From assembly GCF_009834535.1 (NCBI RefSeq), contig NC_045696.1, positions 107,820,001 to 107,884,000 on the forward strand: 64,000 bases of DNA, in the 5' to 3' direction. Under the pieces are notes generated by a model. It was given only the letters and a program-made list of their open reading frames with translations. It did no database searches and was not told the origin of the DNA. The position numbers were made by a program, and so were the translations under genes. Below are positions 39,386 to 53,232 of the stretch, piece after piece (position 1 is the first letter of the stretch; every line of letters begins with the position of its first letter). The DNA comes from Camelus ferus. Its lineage: Eukaryota.

Positions 39386-40360
39386 TACTTGAACCAGTGA
39401 AGATACAGTACTAAAATGCTTGTTTATCAAATAAGTACAATTTAGTATTTTCTTCGTGATGTCTGGTTGGTACCTGAGTTTTGGGAGGCAGGACTCTTTC
39501 TTAAATATGGTAAGTTCTATAAAACTTGACATCATATAGAATGAAACTTTCCTTAAGATGTATACTATTTTTTTAAATGTATACTATTAGTCACAGATAT
39601 ACCAAATAACAGAAGCAAAATTCAGTGCATTTATTTGAGATTTGTACTTTGCTACATCTAGAAGGCTAATGGCTTATTTTAAAAAATCCACAGTGTCTGA
39701 GAAGACATTTAAGAATAGAACAGGGACAATCTTATGAGAGAAGGATTATCAGTGTGTCTTGGTGCTTGGTTAAGAATATTAAATCAGTAGGTAATAGGTT
39801 CTAAGTTTACTACTATTGGTCAAAATGAAGCAAAAAGTGTAGTAGCATGCGATATGTAATTTTTTGTTTTTTTGACAAAAGAAAGCACACAAAATTCATC
39901 TGCAGAAAAAAATCTTTTCTAGAAATAAATTCCGAAATGTAAGTTTTTCTGAGTCCTTGAAAACACTGGCAAGTTAGAAACATTATTTTCATCCTTGGCT
40001 GTTTATAAATATAAAATGAGAATTTAAAACGGTGTATATATGTTCTCTTCCAAGTAAAATTTACACAGATGTGATTTTTATTTAGTTCATCATCAGAAAA
40101 TAAGCCATCACTATAAAGACTCACCAACTGATCAAAACTAAGACTGATTTCTTACTGACCTCCAAAGCCCTTCTCCTACACCCGGTTTCTAAATAAAAAT
40201 TAATCTTGTCACCATTTCCACTTAACATTTCTTGGCCCTTTAAATAGGACTTGATTACATACAGATTTTAAGATAAGGGAATTCCTCATAATGAGCGAGC
40301 ACGATTTAACTCTTGCCTTCTTCAAAATAGTTAAGTCTCGACTATTGTAGAAACACTTAC

Positions 40361-40517
40361 CCTGGTCATTGTATCGAGATAGATCGGCTTGGCTGATGTA
40401 GAGGTCATGGTCACTATCTAGTTCCCAAAATTTACAATAAATAACATAGAAATGTTCATAGGAGAAGTAATCTGTGATTTGGTTTATATCTTCCTCTTCT
40501 TCCAAAAGGGCTAGAGT
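40361..40517 (-). CDS. PPP2R3A: PPP2R3A coding exon (exon 8), 157 nt, [52 protein letters not shown](A); contains EF-hand 1 loop [12 protein letters not shown]
   Basis: ORF 40209..40505 contains it; acceptor TTTCAG|ACT, donor CAGG|GTAAGT; phase 0-1. Confidence 0.97.
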
Positions 40518-41269
40518 CTGAAATGGTATGAATAGAAGGATTAATTTATTTTAAAATTATGAAAACTCAGGTTTGGCCATTATATAGATTCTAGTAAATT
40601 TTTATTTTAAACTGAATAAAAAATTTTGGTTTTGGTACCAAACTGGGAACTTTTAGTAGGCAACCTCATTCTACCTTTAATCAGTTGATCAATCTACAAG
40701 TATTTACGAGCTATGTAATATGCTTAGCAAAGGGTGAGATGCTATGGAGGATTTAAAAGCAGGGAAAGGGAAGGACCGTCACCAAGGGGCCTGCAGCCTA
40801 TCAGAGGTCCCCAGACTAGCAAGCACAGAACAATCAGACAACAGACTTACTTATTACATGGCTATAAACTGACACTGCTTTTAACTTTTCAAAGTTACGA
40901 AGAATGGTCATCTATCTATTCTATTATGAAGAGTGGGCATCCACATACAGGATTGGTTTTGTAATGGAATCAAGTTTACCATAAAGGTGACTTATGTATA
41001 CCACTGTGATGATGCGGGGAAGTGGTGGGGAAGAACGGCTGGCATAGAAGGCATGTAGGGAAGAGCTGCAGGGCCCTGGGATGGAAATAAACCTGCTTCT
41101 CTTCTGACTCACTGTGTGCCCCCAGTGAAAACACCAGAAACAATGATTTTGGGCCCAGAATTCTTATAGCCAGCCAAATTATGATATAAGTGGGCAGATA
41201 AATGAAGATCTTTTCAGAAATGAAAGATTCAGAAAAAAAGATAAAAGAAACCATAAGGAAACTTAGGAA

Positions 41270-42610
41270 ATAGAAAAAACAAAGTGAGATGGCAAAAATA
41301 AGATCAGATACACCAACAATCAAAATAAAGGTGAATGAGCTAAATCTCCCATTAAAAGATCTTCAGATTGAGAATAAAAACCAAACTCAAAGAGCAGATC
41401 TAGGCATAGGGTGTCTGTAAGAGGTAAGTCTGAAATAAAATTTAAAAGGAGAGTTAAAACATACTCTAGCTAAATCTTAACAAAAAGAAAACGTATGTCA
41501 ATATCATTAGAAAATAAAATGGAATTCAAGGTGAAAAACATAAGAAACAAAGGTGACTCATTTCATAATGCAAATGTATTACTTTGATAAAAATTATTTT
41601 CTAAAATGTAAATACTGGGAATCTAAAATGCTTTGGGGCAAATCGAAAACAACACAAATTATTAAATTATGGTAAAATCCACTTAATGAAAGATTATGAA
41701 GCCACTAAACATTATAAAGTCTACATAGAAAAAATGGAAAACCATATAGTGGGTGCAGAATATCCGATGTAAGATTGTACACATTAAGAACTATGTTAAA
41801 TCTTAAAATCCAGATATGCATCTGAATGAGACTAGAGAATACATACAAAAACATTAGTTGTATTAGGATGGTAAAATGTTTTTTCTTCTGTTTTCCAAAC
41901 TTTCTTGTAATGTTTTGTTTTATAAAATGCTCTTTAATGTGTATAAAGCAGAATATGCACAATAAAAAGATCTTGAGAAGCAAGGAGCTCTCATTTTCAC
42001 CTACTGGACTGTCATAAAATGAAGAAAAAAGTGTAACTTCTGCTGTTGGTGAGTATGTAAGTGTGAACAAATGCAGGCGTTTAGGAGGGTAACTTGGCAG
42101 GATCTGTCACACTGAAAATGCATATACCATCTGATCCAGGATTTTCCCTCCAGTAGGCTATTTTAGAGAAATTCTTACTCATTTACAGACAAGAGGAAAG
42201 TACAAGGATGTTCACTGCATTATTGTAATGGGGAGAATATAAAAACGACTTGACCATCTTCAACAGAGGAATATGTAATTACAGTACAGCCATGCCATAG
42301 ATTGTGCAGCAGTTAAAAGAATGAGATAGATTTATATGAATGGAAATGAAAAGGATGTCAAGACATACTGTTAAGTTAAAAAAAGTTAACAGAACAATGA
42401 GTATGGTTTCACATATTTAAAAAAATCCAATGAAGCAGTCATTCAGAACAAAACTACATACTCCATAAATACACAGATAAGGGAATAAAACCACAGACGA
42501 TATGGGTTCCCTCTGGGAAAGGGAGTGAAATGGCCAAGTGAAGAGATAAATAGTGACCTCTGCTTACTAGTCTATACATGTTTATTTTATCTGAATGTTT
42601 CATGAGCATA
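41270..42610 (+). mobile_element. Old L1ME remnants (EN start and 3' region)
   Basis: AAGGTGAATGAGCTAAATCTCCCATTAAAAG; TACAAGGATGTTCACTGCATT; GCAGCAGTTAAAAGAATGAG. Confidence 0.55.
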
Positions 42611-42669
42611 TATTCACGTATAAGAGGAAGACTAAGGAGAGAGGTAGGGAAGAAAACAGAGGGAAGCAG

Positions 42670-42800
42670 AACACTTGAGTTCTATTTCCAGTTCAGCCAT
42701 TTACTTGCTATGTGATCTTATCCAAGTCACTCAACCATATTTGGGCCTCAACCTTTATCATTAGTCAAAAAAAAAAAAAAAGGATTATAATACTGATCTA
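42670..42800 (+). mobile_element. MIR
   Basis: TTGAGTTCTATTTCCAGTTCAGCCATTTACTTGCTATGTGATCTTATCCAAGTCACTCAACC. Confidence 0.7.
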
Positions 42801-43389
42801 GAAACTACAGACTCTAACGTGCTTCAGGAATGTCAGGGATTATTATCATTCTTAAGGTTTAAGGCCTTTTTAATGGAATTATTGCCATCTCAAGCCATCC
42901 CACATTACCTCCTGAGAGCCTAGGCAGACACCACGTGTTCAGTAAGTATTGATAATGACTTTGATGATGACTTTTCATTTATTAGAATAAAAAATGTTTG
43001 CATAGCTATTACGGGTTGCTAATTTTGCCAAGGCTTCGTTACTTTGTCCCAGATGAAGATAGAAAAAAAAATTAGAGAATAAATAAGGTTGTATTGTTCG
43101 CCTAAGCTTCATTTAGTATGATTCATTTAAAATAAAATATTTCATTTCCTTTTAAGGAAATGTGACCAATTCTACTTTCTTTAGGTTGACAGAAAAGCTT
43201 GAACAATCAGGCATGAAGACTGCCTCGGTGAAAGGCTCCCACTAGTGGTCAATACTTTCTTATTTGGTAAAATAAAATAATTGAATGAAATGTATACTTT
43301 TCTTAGGAATTTTTAGTAATTTTCTCCAGCAGGAGCTGGATAAAGAGTCATTGCTGAAAGGATCAAGCAGAAATTCCTCTATTTCTTTT

Positions 43390-43860
43390 TCAAGGTCCTT
43401 CCCAGCCTGGCCCTGTCACACCCGCAGGCCTCATCACTGATGGCTCTCTCCGTGGAGACTGTGGCCGCTCAAGACTGCTCTGCAGTTCCTCAACACGCCA
43501 CTTCCATGCTTCTGGGCCTTTGCTTATGCTGCTTCCTCTCTGTCTGGAATGCCCCTTTCCTCTATTTTTTTCTTCTTTGGTAAACTCCTGATATCTCCAC
43601 GGTCAAGATCACATGCCAGTCCTATTGTGAAACCTTTATTGCATGTTTACGACACATTTCTGTGAAATTTTTCAAGTCATGTGTGGCTGTGTGTGCACTT
43701 TTCTCTTGCTCTATGGCGTGCCCTGATGCAATAATCTCCTGTTATTCACCTTTGTTCCCCCAACACATCCCAGGTATCTGGTAATCACTTAATGACGGAA
43801 AGTAGTGACAGGGCTTTGCACATAATAAGCACTCAGATATTTGTTAAATGAAGAATATTA
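43390..43860 (+). mobile_element. L2 3' fragment
   Basis: GGCCTTTGCTTATGCTG...TCTGGAATGCCC; GCACATAATAAGCACTCAGATATTTGTTAAATGAA. Confidence 0.65.
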
Positions 43861-43900
43861 TCTAGATTGCTCCTTATATATGAATTTCAATGAAGCATAC

Positions 43901-43987
43901 TTGCAAAAAGTTGCTTTTTCTTATCTCTGTTGAAGTAATTTTTCCACTCCAAGATCTGTTGACTGTGTAGAATATTCTCTGAATAAC
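43901..43987 (-). CDS. PPP2R3A: PPP2R3A coding exon (exon 7), 87 nt, VIQRIFYTVNRSWSGKITSTEIRKSNFLQ
   Basis: Translation; acceptor CCAG|GTT, donor CAA|GTATGC; phase 0-0. Confidence 0.97.
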
Positions 43988-45387
43988 CTGGTTCCAAAAG
44001 GAAAACAAAACCAAGTAAGAACATTAACGATATCTATGACTTTATCAAAGGCCATCTTATGAATATTCTTTGAACCAAGCTAAGTTTTGCCTTTTTGATT
44101 ATATCAAGTGTCATTTCTAGTAAAAATTAATACTCTAGTTTAAAAATCTACATCTGTGTAGTTTGCATCTCCCTTATAATTCTAAGAATAAAAAAATTGC
44201 TCACAAGTCTGCATTTCCTGGATACCTAGATGTCACTTCCTTTCCTATCTCTCATCTTACACAATGATGACTGATTTGAGTATTGCTTATTAGGCTAGAT
44301 GTTTTGGGAAGGGAAATGAGGTGGGAAATATGTGCTGTGTTGGCTTAACAATTAATGGGTCAGAAGAACAGCTGCCAACGTGGTATGATTCAAGAGGGCA
44401 TTATTCTGGTTATTATAGCCTTATCCATTGGAGTTTTGAGGACTTCCAGACTCTCTCTGGAAACTCAGGTACACCTGGAGTAATTTACATCCTGAGGCCT
44501 TATTTGAGCATGCACAATTTTGTTATTAACTAGTGTTTTAATGAATTTATTAACAAATGTGAAATTCTGGAGAAGACTCTAGACAAGATGGGAGAGAAGG
44601 GGACGGGTAGCAAATGTGTCTGAAATTGAGGATGTGTGTGCTGTGGTGTAGGGGGGACTGGAGAAAGAAGACAGAAGCTGCAATCCTAGAGGTAGAAGGC
44701 CACTGTACATTCTTAACAATTTCACCTGAGGTTATTCCCAGCCATTTAAGTTCCCCTTTACCTGCTAGTTTTTTTTTTCTTCTTCTCCAAAAGGAAGCAG
44801 TGGTGAGAAGAGCAATTTAAGCAGCTTTTTTTGTACTTCGGCTAGGATTTTGATTATCTAATAATATAGAAATCTTACAGCCTTGGTGTTTTTATCATAG
44901 AAAAGGTTAGATTTCTTTTTAAGGCTATTTTAGTGCAAGAAGAACAAAAAAGGGAAGACATTTGGACATCTATACAAAGAGTAGGACTAATGAATAACTA
45001 AATTACTATTCTGTTTCTGGATTCTTTGGCAAAGAGAGTGAGTCTCAAAAATAACAGGAAAAATCTAGCCTCAGGATGAAGGTCCTGACATCTGCTGCCT
45101 GGCATCCCTCACCCCATCTCTGCTATCAGCGCTAACTCCTTCTGACCCTTCAGAATCTAGCTCAGCTGCCAACTCCATAAGAAGCCCTCAAGCAGGGACT
45201 TGGGTAAAGCTGTCTTCTGTGCTTCTGACGTCCGCTGAGTCCCCTTCAGTCATCCTGTGGTTATATTCTAAACAGTTACACCTGATTGTCATCACCTCCA
45301 AACTCTAAGGAACCTGGTCTTTCTTCACTTGCATCCCAGTGCGTGATATGCTGTTCTGCATATATAAGGTGGTCAATTGCTTGATAA

Positions 45388-46303
45388 TTTTAAAAAAAAT
45401 GGAGGTATAATTAATGTATATCATATTTGTTTCAGGTATACAACATGATTGATGATTTGGTAATTTGTATATATTGTGAAATGATCACCACAGTAAGTCT
45501 AGTTAACATCCATTACCACAGTTACAGAATTTCTTTTCTTGTGGCAAGAACTTTAAAGATTTACTCTCTTAATATCTTTCAAATACGCAGTATAGTATAA
45601 ACTATAGTCACCACGGTGCACATTACACCCCCATGATTTATTTTATAACTGGAAGCTTATACCTCTTGATTCCCCTTCACCTATTTCACCCACTGCCTCT
45701 GGCCACCCCCTATCTGTGCTCTGTATTTATGAGCTTGTTATTTTTGTTCATCGATTTAGATCATACAGTGCTTGTCTTTCTCTGTCTGACTTGTTTCACA
45801 TAGCATAATGCCCTCAAGGTCCATGCACGGTGTCGCAAATGGCAAGATATCCCTCTTTTTTTTTATGGCTGATAATATTCTATTGTATATATTCCACATC
45901 TTTATCAGTTCATCTGAACACAGAGGTTGTTTCCATATATTGGCTATTGTAAATAATGCTGCAGTGAACACAGGGGTGCATATATTTTTTCAAGTTAGTA
46001 TTTCCGTCTCCTTTGGATAAATACCCAGAAGTGGAATTGGTGGATCATATAGTAGTTTTATATTTCATTTTTTTGAGCAATCTCTATACTGTTTTCCATT
46101 GGCCGCACTAATTTGCATTCCTACCAACAGTGCCCACGGGTTCCCTTTTCTCCGCATCTTTATTTCTTGTCTTTCTGATGACAGCCATTCTAACAAGTGT
46201 GAGGTAATACCTCACTATAGTTTTGATTTGCATTTCCCTGATGATTAGTAATGTTGAATATCTTTTCATGTACCTGCTGGCCATCTGTATGTCTTCTTTG
46301 GAA
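45388..46303 (-). mobile_element. 5'-truncated L1 with a 13-bp TSD, inserted in an L2 tail
   Basis: TSD AATTGCTTGATAA at 45375-45387 and 46304-46316; ORF 45756..45971 is an ORF2 C-terminus. Confidence 0.9.
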
Positions 46304-46581
46304 AATTGCTTGATAAATTAATGAGGTTGGAAAGCTATGTAACAAAGACTTTGATGTTATATTTGTGATAGAGACATATGGGTTGGCTTAATAGCTAATT
46401 GAATAATTCTATTCAGAGTTTTGAACAGCAGATTGATGCCAACCCAGAAAAGTTCTCTAATCAGTATTTTACACAAATCAGTATTGTTGTCTATGACTTA
46501 TAGAAAGACTGCATATAAAAATGTACAGAAAACATAAAATAGGGAAGGATAACTGTCTACAAAATTACTGTGAAAGATACT

Positions 46582-46632
46582 AGTAATGTGTTTACTCTTG
46601 AGGAAAGAGTAATGTGTTTACTCTCGAGGAAA
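46582..46632. repeat. Tandem duplication of a ~26-bp unit
   Basis: AGTAATGTGTTTACTCT(T/C)GAGGAAA at 46582 and 46608. Confidence 0.9.
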
Positions 46633-47573
46633 AAATACGCCTAGAGTGTAGCTATGACCATGATCTGAATGACTGACCATCAGGTGGAAGAAGCTGATTT
46701 GTTTTGTGCTGCACCCCAGGGTAGAACTACAACTACTGGATAGAAATGCCCTTATACTAAAATGTTTCAATATAAGAAAGAGTTTCCTAAAATTAGCCCT
46801 ATGAAGCAATGGGTTGTAATGAAGCAGTGAGGTTTCTTCTTATCACAGTTATTTTGGCAGAAGTTGACAGGATTCCCGTGTTAGGTGGGAGCTAGGACTA
46901 GCTGGTGTCTATAATTTCTCTACTGGCCCCAACCACTCAGACTCTGCGTAAAGTGCTTCAAGGCAGAGAATGTGTCTTATTCAACACTGTAATCTTAGCA
47001 TTAGCTTCACAGAAGTTCACATTAAAAAGATGGATGGTTTTTAGCAGATAAATATATATATATGAAAATAAACATTAAGAGTATCTTTTATCATAGTTCC
47101 ATGTCTTCTTTCTCAAGTTAAAATCAATTTCACACATGTTATTATACCGGAATTTTTCTTTGCTGCATATTATTTGATTTTTGTCCTTATTTCTTGATTT
47201 TAAACATAAATTTATCTTAAAGTCTGTTTCCTATTTACCTAAATTTTATACTTATATACTCTTCAAATACTTTACATTATTCATGGAAGTACTGTGTTAC
47301 ACTTAAAATTATAAAACTTTAATCTGTATTTCTTTTTGCTTATTTTATTCTTCATTTTTTTTGTTCTTTTTGACAGAATTTTTAAAGTTTGCAAACATTC
47401 TGAATGTTAAGTAATTTCCTATTTTTAGCCTCTGCTAACCTACTTGTCTCATACTATAAAAAATGTACCTGTATTCCATCCGTAGCCTAAATCTTACTCA
47501 GTGGCCCCACTACATCAGCACATTTATTGGTTTCCACACTACTGATTCAGCATTTTCGTTCACTGAGGTACGG

Positions 47574-47587
47574 GCACCATCTAGTGG
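47574..47587 (-). promoter_or_regulatory. Candidate CTCF core motif
   Basis: Reverse complement CCACTAGATGGTGC versus consensus CCACYAGRKGGCRS, in non-repeat intronic DNA. Confidence 0.5.
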
Positions 47588-50124
47588 TGAGAGTATGTAG
47601 CTACCGGTTCTACATTACAGTTTTCCCCCCTAACTTTTGGTCTACCACTTTTAGGTAAATAAAAAATAAATTAACAAAAAAATAAAAAATATCAAACAAA
47701 ACATAAAAATTAATAATGGTAAGAGAAATTATTTACTGCCAGTAATAGAAATGAAATTTGATGGTTTTTCATCAAGGGATCCCTAGTCAACTTGATAGAC
47801 AATCTGGATTATAAGTCAGTTTCCTTTCTTTTTCTTTTTATCTTTTGAATTGGAAACCTCTAATTCACAATTATAGGTCACCAGGAGTGGAAGTACATGT
47901 TTGGTGGCTCTGTCGGGGAGATTTTGACAAGTGGATCAGATGCAGACACAGAAATTACAGAGAGACTGCTCTTTGTGGGTGACTTGAATGCAGATGAACA
48001 CACTCAATGCGGGAAGCCTGGCTCTTCTACTAGGCAGGTCGTGGTGAATGGGTTCCTGATCCACTCTGGCTAATATGGCTCTGAAAAGTATTTCTTGATT
48101 GTCTTCTGCAGAACTTGGACTTTAAAAAAATGTATACTAAAAACGATTGCTTTCTCTGTCAAGAGGAAAAGTTCTCAAGGGGAAAGAGTTAAGCTGTTAG
48201 TGATGAGCGTCTCCACCACAGTTCAGTCTTTTTAGGAAATATCAGTGCCTTGTCCTCAATTAATTAAAATCCTGACATTTCAGCCTGACGTGCTAGATTC
48301 AGGCCAATCAAAATACTAAATATCAATAAGACACCACCCGAACAAGCCACAGAAATAGCTTTACTGAAGCACCAATGTCACAAAAGTCCTTTTAGTCTTA
48401 TCATTTATTTTAAAACCTCATGTGAACAGCTCTTTCCTCAAAAGCCAGCATATGCCAGTAAGGATAAGCAGTCTTATTCACTGGCAATTCCTTTGCATGG
48501 AATGCAAAACTGCAACCTCAAGGGCTACAATTTACTGGTTTTTCCAATTTTCATTTTCATTTACTGTCAAGAGGCTTATTTCTCAATTGCCAACTCTTCT
48601 GTGGAAATAAAAGAGAACACAGACTGACTTTAGGTACAATCTCTCACTGAGGTAGTGATGTCCTTTTTTGCTATATGCATGGTTGGTGTTCTGTCTTTCC
48701 TGTCTAAAAATAACTGACAAAAATAATTAACTAAACAAGAAGTCTTTTCCTGTAGCATAGGTTTTCAGTGATAAATGGAAAATAAAAGTTGCCCAAATTT
48801 CTTCATCATACATGTGCTACACACATAAACTAATAGTTGAGTTGTACTCAGTGTCAGCAGTTTCTTTCAACTGTAAAGTGGAAAAACTAACTCCAGTATG
48901 TAAACAAAATACATTGTTTTATACTGTATGCCACTGAGATTATATAACATTCAATAGGGTCATATGATAAATTTTAATTTTGCTTTTTCTGAGATACTTG
49001 TCATTAATTCTGAGGCCAATCTTCGTAAGTTTCTCGGAAAAAAGTGTGATCTTATCTGTCTTTGCCATAAAAAAAGTAGAGAATGACACCTCTCTAATTT
49101 GGTCACTTTTATGCCTTTAACAACAAAATTAATTTCATATTAGAATCCTTATTTTGCATTCTTTCTGGAAAATTTACTGTACTCTGAAATCAGGCAAAAG
49201 CTTCAATCACTTCATGCCATTATTTGACCAAATTTTGCAGTAAAAAAGGCACTGCGGAGAACAGATAACTAGTCCAATAAAATTCTGTTCCCAGATTTGC
49301 AGTGTGATGCTTTATATTTGCACTCTTCCTTTTGGATGGTAGTATGAAATTATCACGATAGCAGACAGACCGACTTATCTCAGCACATACAGATTCACAT
49401 TCTGTATTCTCAACTGGATCTTACTTACTATTTATGTTATGATGCTGTTTTGAGTTGTCCCATTATCATTACTTTATCATAAATATTTTACACTTTAATG
49501 ACTACTTCTGAGTAATGGATTCATTTTTGTGAACTGGGGATAAAGCAGCATAATACTAACAATGAAGTGTAAATTAAAAAAATCTAAACAATAACATGCA
49601 AATGCCATGAATATATGTCAGCAGAGATAATTAACTGTATCCTGTTAATTGACCAATGTAGTTCTTTTTGTTCAATGATTAACATAATAGAATTTCTCAG
49701 AAAATGTGAATTATATGCAAACAAAATTGTTTCATGGCTTTTCACTCTGAAATCACTAGTACTTCATGGGGGCCACTTGCTAGATGACCACAGACCAAAA
49801 TAGGTCCAGGAACCATTCTTCAATAAATATCAAACCAGAAGGTGTAGAGAAAGAAAATGTATCTCTTTTATAATTCTGTTCTTTAACAGCTTTTCTAAGA
49901 ATAAATTCTAATAAAAGGTTCCCCTGTAGACTGCATTTTCTGAATTGGTAGAAGATTGGATTAGCTTATCTCTAAGATCTTTTCCAATTGTTAAGATTCT
50001 AAATTATACTATTAATATGCCCTGAGTTTATAGAGCAGTCAACAATCGGAACCCAATAATTCCCTTTGGGACTGAATCCAGGTTAATGTGTAGAATTCTT
50101 AAGGATGAATAACTTCACTTCTAC

Positions 50125-50850
50125 TCACTCAATAAATGTTTGCTGTGTATCTATTATGTGCCAGACACTATTCTAGGTATTGAAGACACAGCAGTGAAAA
50201 ATACAAAATGCCTGCTTCTCATGGAGTTTATGTTATAGAGAAGGAGATGGACAATAAAAAATTTTAAATATCAGATGATATAAAAGCCAAAAAGGAAAAT
50301 AAATCAGAACAAAGGGACAGAAGTGTACAGGGAGGGGAGAGAGGGAGAAGAAGGGTGAGGAAGGCAGAGGGTGATCAGGGCAGGTCTCACTAAGAAGGGG
50401 ATATCTGAGTACATATCTGGATGAAGTGAAGGAGTTAGTCATGTGGAGATCTGTGAGAAGAGCCTTCCAGGTAGAGGGAAGAGAAAGAACAAAGTACCTG
50501 AAGCAGAAGTGGGTTTGGTCTGTTGCTGAAGCAGAGTGAGCAAGGGGTCAGCCTGGTGGGAGATGAGAACACACTAGAGGGTGTGAGGGGGCATGTGTGT
50601 TGGGGAGGTGGAGGGTGGGGATGGAGATTTTTGGTAAGAATTTTGGCTTTTATTCTGAAAGAGACAAGAAAACACTGGAGAGTTTGCGCAGAGGAATGCC
50701 ATGTTCTGACTTACATTTTCAAAGGATAACTCTGCTTTGAGGAGACTAGGCTGCAGGGCAATGAGGGTGTAAGCCAAGAGACCAATTAGAAGTAATCCAC
50801 CTAAGAAACCAGGGTGACTGGCCAGGCCAGGGTGACTGTGGTGGAGGCAG
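50125..50850 (-). mobile_element. L2 fragment
   Basis: CACTCAATAAATGTTTGCTG...TATGTGCCAGACACTATTCTAGG; CCTTCCAGGTAGAGGGAAGAG. Confidence 0.8.
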
Positions 50851-51784
50851 TTTAGTATAGTGTTGTGGTTAACAGGCAAAAATGACTTCTGAGATAGCCT
50901 TAGACGACAGTGACATCTTCTGGCTCAAATAAAGTCTTACAAAGTTTTATGACAGAGGAGCATCAACATAAAGGCAAACAATGAAGTTCCTACAGGGGAA
51001 GAAGAATGGTAGTATTCTGTTCTCAACAGAACCCAACAAATCCATAGCCAACAAAAAGTACCCAAAGAGTGAGAGAGGCTTCCTCAGAGGCAAGGCTCAT
51101 CTCACCTGGGTATGGCTATGAACGTGAGGGGTGCCCTGAGGTTCACTTTGGAATTCTTCCAAAGACAATTCTTCAGGACAGAGAACGTGTGGTGTGGCTG
51201 TAGTGTGAGTTGCAGCCCCTGTGCTCTCACTCTAATTCATGCCCTGCCTATGGTGATCAAACGAGGTTGTGTGTAACAAACAGAGAATGAGAACACCTCA
51301 CCAAGTCCGAGACCTGTGATTATGTTATTTTAAAATCTTACTTGATTACACACAATCCCACAATCAGTTTCTCATTATCATTTCAGTTCTAACTTTGAGG
51401 TATTATAGACATAGCCTTCTTCTTCTTCTTCTATTTTTTTTTTGTAAAAGGCTGCTGAAAATTCTTTTCAGTATTATTTGCAAATGCTAAAGATCAAGTG
51501 GGTATCAATATTAATGACATAGCAAAAGGTATACCTCATAAGACCAGACAGAATGAGCCTATCACTTACTTGTGCATACAAGAGACCTCTTAAGCACTGG
51601 GTACATATGAGAAGGAAAATAGATATAAATAATTAATTCAATTTTACTGTACCTCCCTTCCACGTAACATAATCATTATAGCCCAGGCTACATTCTGCAT
51701 AAAGATCTGAAAGCCTGGATACTAGAGAGTAACAAAAAGGAGACTTTACAGAGTTACATTAGGACAAAAAAGGGCTCAGCCTAC

Positions 51785-51859
51785 CGTGGTGATGTAGCGG
51801 GAGTGGAATTCTGGAGCATCTTTCAGGAACGTGAGGCCAGGATGTGTATCCACCACATC
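51785..51859 (-). CDS. PPP2R3A: PPP2R3A coding exon (human exon 6 equivalent), 75 nt, DVVDTHPGLTFLKDAPEFHSRYITT; upstream exons lie beyond the right edge of the window
   Basis: Manual translation matches recalled PR72/PR130 sequence; acceptor TTTTTTAG, donor ACG|GTAGGC; phase 0-0. Confidence 0.96.
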
Positions 51860-53232
51860 CTAAAAAAGAACAAAACCAAAAACTACATTAATGCACATAC
51901 AAAAACCCCCCAAAAAACCCAAGACACCTACAGAAATTTTCCCCTTTTGTAGAATAATTGCCAGTTGAGCAAACTCGCTAGAACATTGAACAATGTACTT
52001 AAAATTTAATTAACACGTTTTAAATTCAAATATTTCACAACCATACGTTATGTGTGCTTTCCAATATGTACAGAATATATCAATAAATTTACTTAAAAAG
52101 TAAATTTAATTTAGCTATATTTGGTGATTTGTGACTCAAATGTCTTAGAGGTATGTACTGTAATTCTAACTTTCATGTCAGTGAAATTCATCTCACAGAT
52201 CTTGGTGGGGTTGCTAAGTGAAATTTACACAGAAAGGATAATAGACACAAACCAATTGGAATGATTCTTTCTCAAGCTACAGACATGGGAAATTTTTGGA
52301 AAAAAAAAAAAACCAGCCATGTAGCCAAATAGTTTTAAATTTGTCTGTGTTAAGTTGTGTGAGCCAGTTAATGTTCATCAAAATAACTGTGTTGATAGAT
52401 CTGTTTTCAGTTTAGGATTTTATTTATTTTAAAATCTGATATCTTATTCTCATGAAAGACTATTAGAATATTAAAACCTTGAAATACTGTTTTTATTTTC
52501 TAATTAGGTTTTTAAAGTGCTCTGAATGAGCCTAGAGAACCTAACAGAGATAATTACTATTAATTTAATAACTGGAGGCAACAGCAATGCTAACATAGAT
52601 ATAACCTATTAATTGGCTAGGCATGAATGGACAGACATCAGTTATATCTCTTTTCTTTGTTTCTTCAGAGCAGTTAGTTATACATACCTACCAACATAGT
52701 CTAAAACCAATGGACCTTTACTATTTTCTTAACTTCTTACTTGAAAATAATTTTAGACTTACAGGAAAGTTGCAAAATATTACAGAGAGATTTCCTATGT
52801 CCTCCTTAGCTTCCCATAATGGTAACAACTTACAAACTACAATACAATGATCAAAAGTAGAAAATGAACATTCATATAATACTAAACTACAGACCTTATT
52901 CAAATTTTACCAGCTTTTCCCCAGTGTCTTTTTCTGTTCCAGGATCGCAACAGTAATTAGCTCTTTTGTTTCATTGGTCTCTCCTAATCTGTGGCAGTTC
53001 TTTGGTCCTCTCTTATAATTCATGATTTTGACACTTTAATGAGTTCTGGTCAGTTATTCTGTAGAATTTTGTCTCTTAATGTGAGAATATTGAGAGACAA
53101 ATAATCTTTGGTATTTTCCTATGGCTAAAAAGTTACACACTTTTAGTAGGTATACCACAGAAGTGATGTTGTGTCCTTTTCAGTCATAAAAGAGTATGTG
53201 ATGTTGATATTTTCTACAACTTGTGGTGTTAA

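Noticed and set aside
51100..51320. Cryptic exon ending at CAG|GTGAGA (about 51105)
   Set aside because: Good donor but no convincing acceptor or polypyrimidine tract
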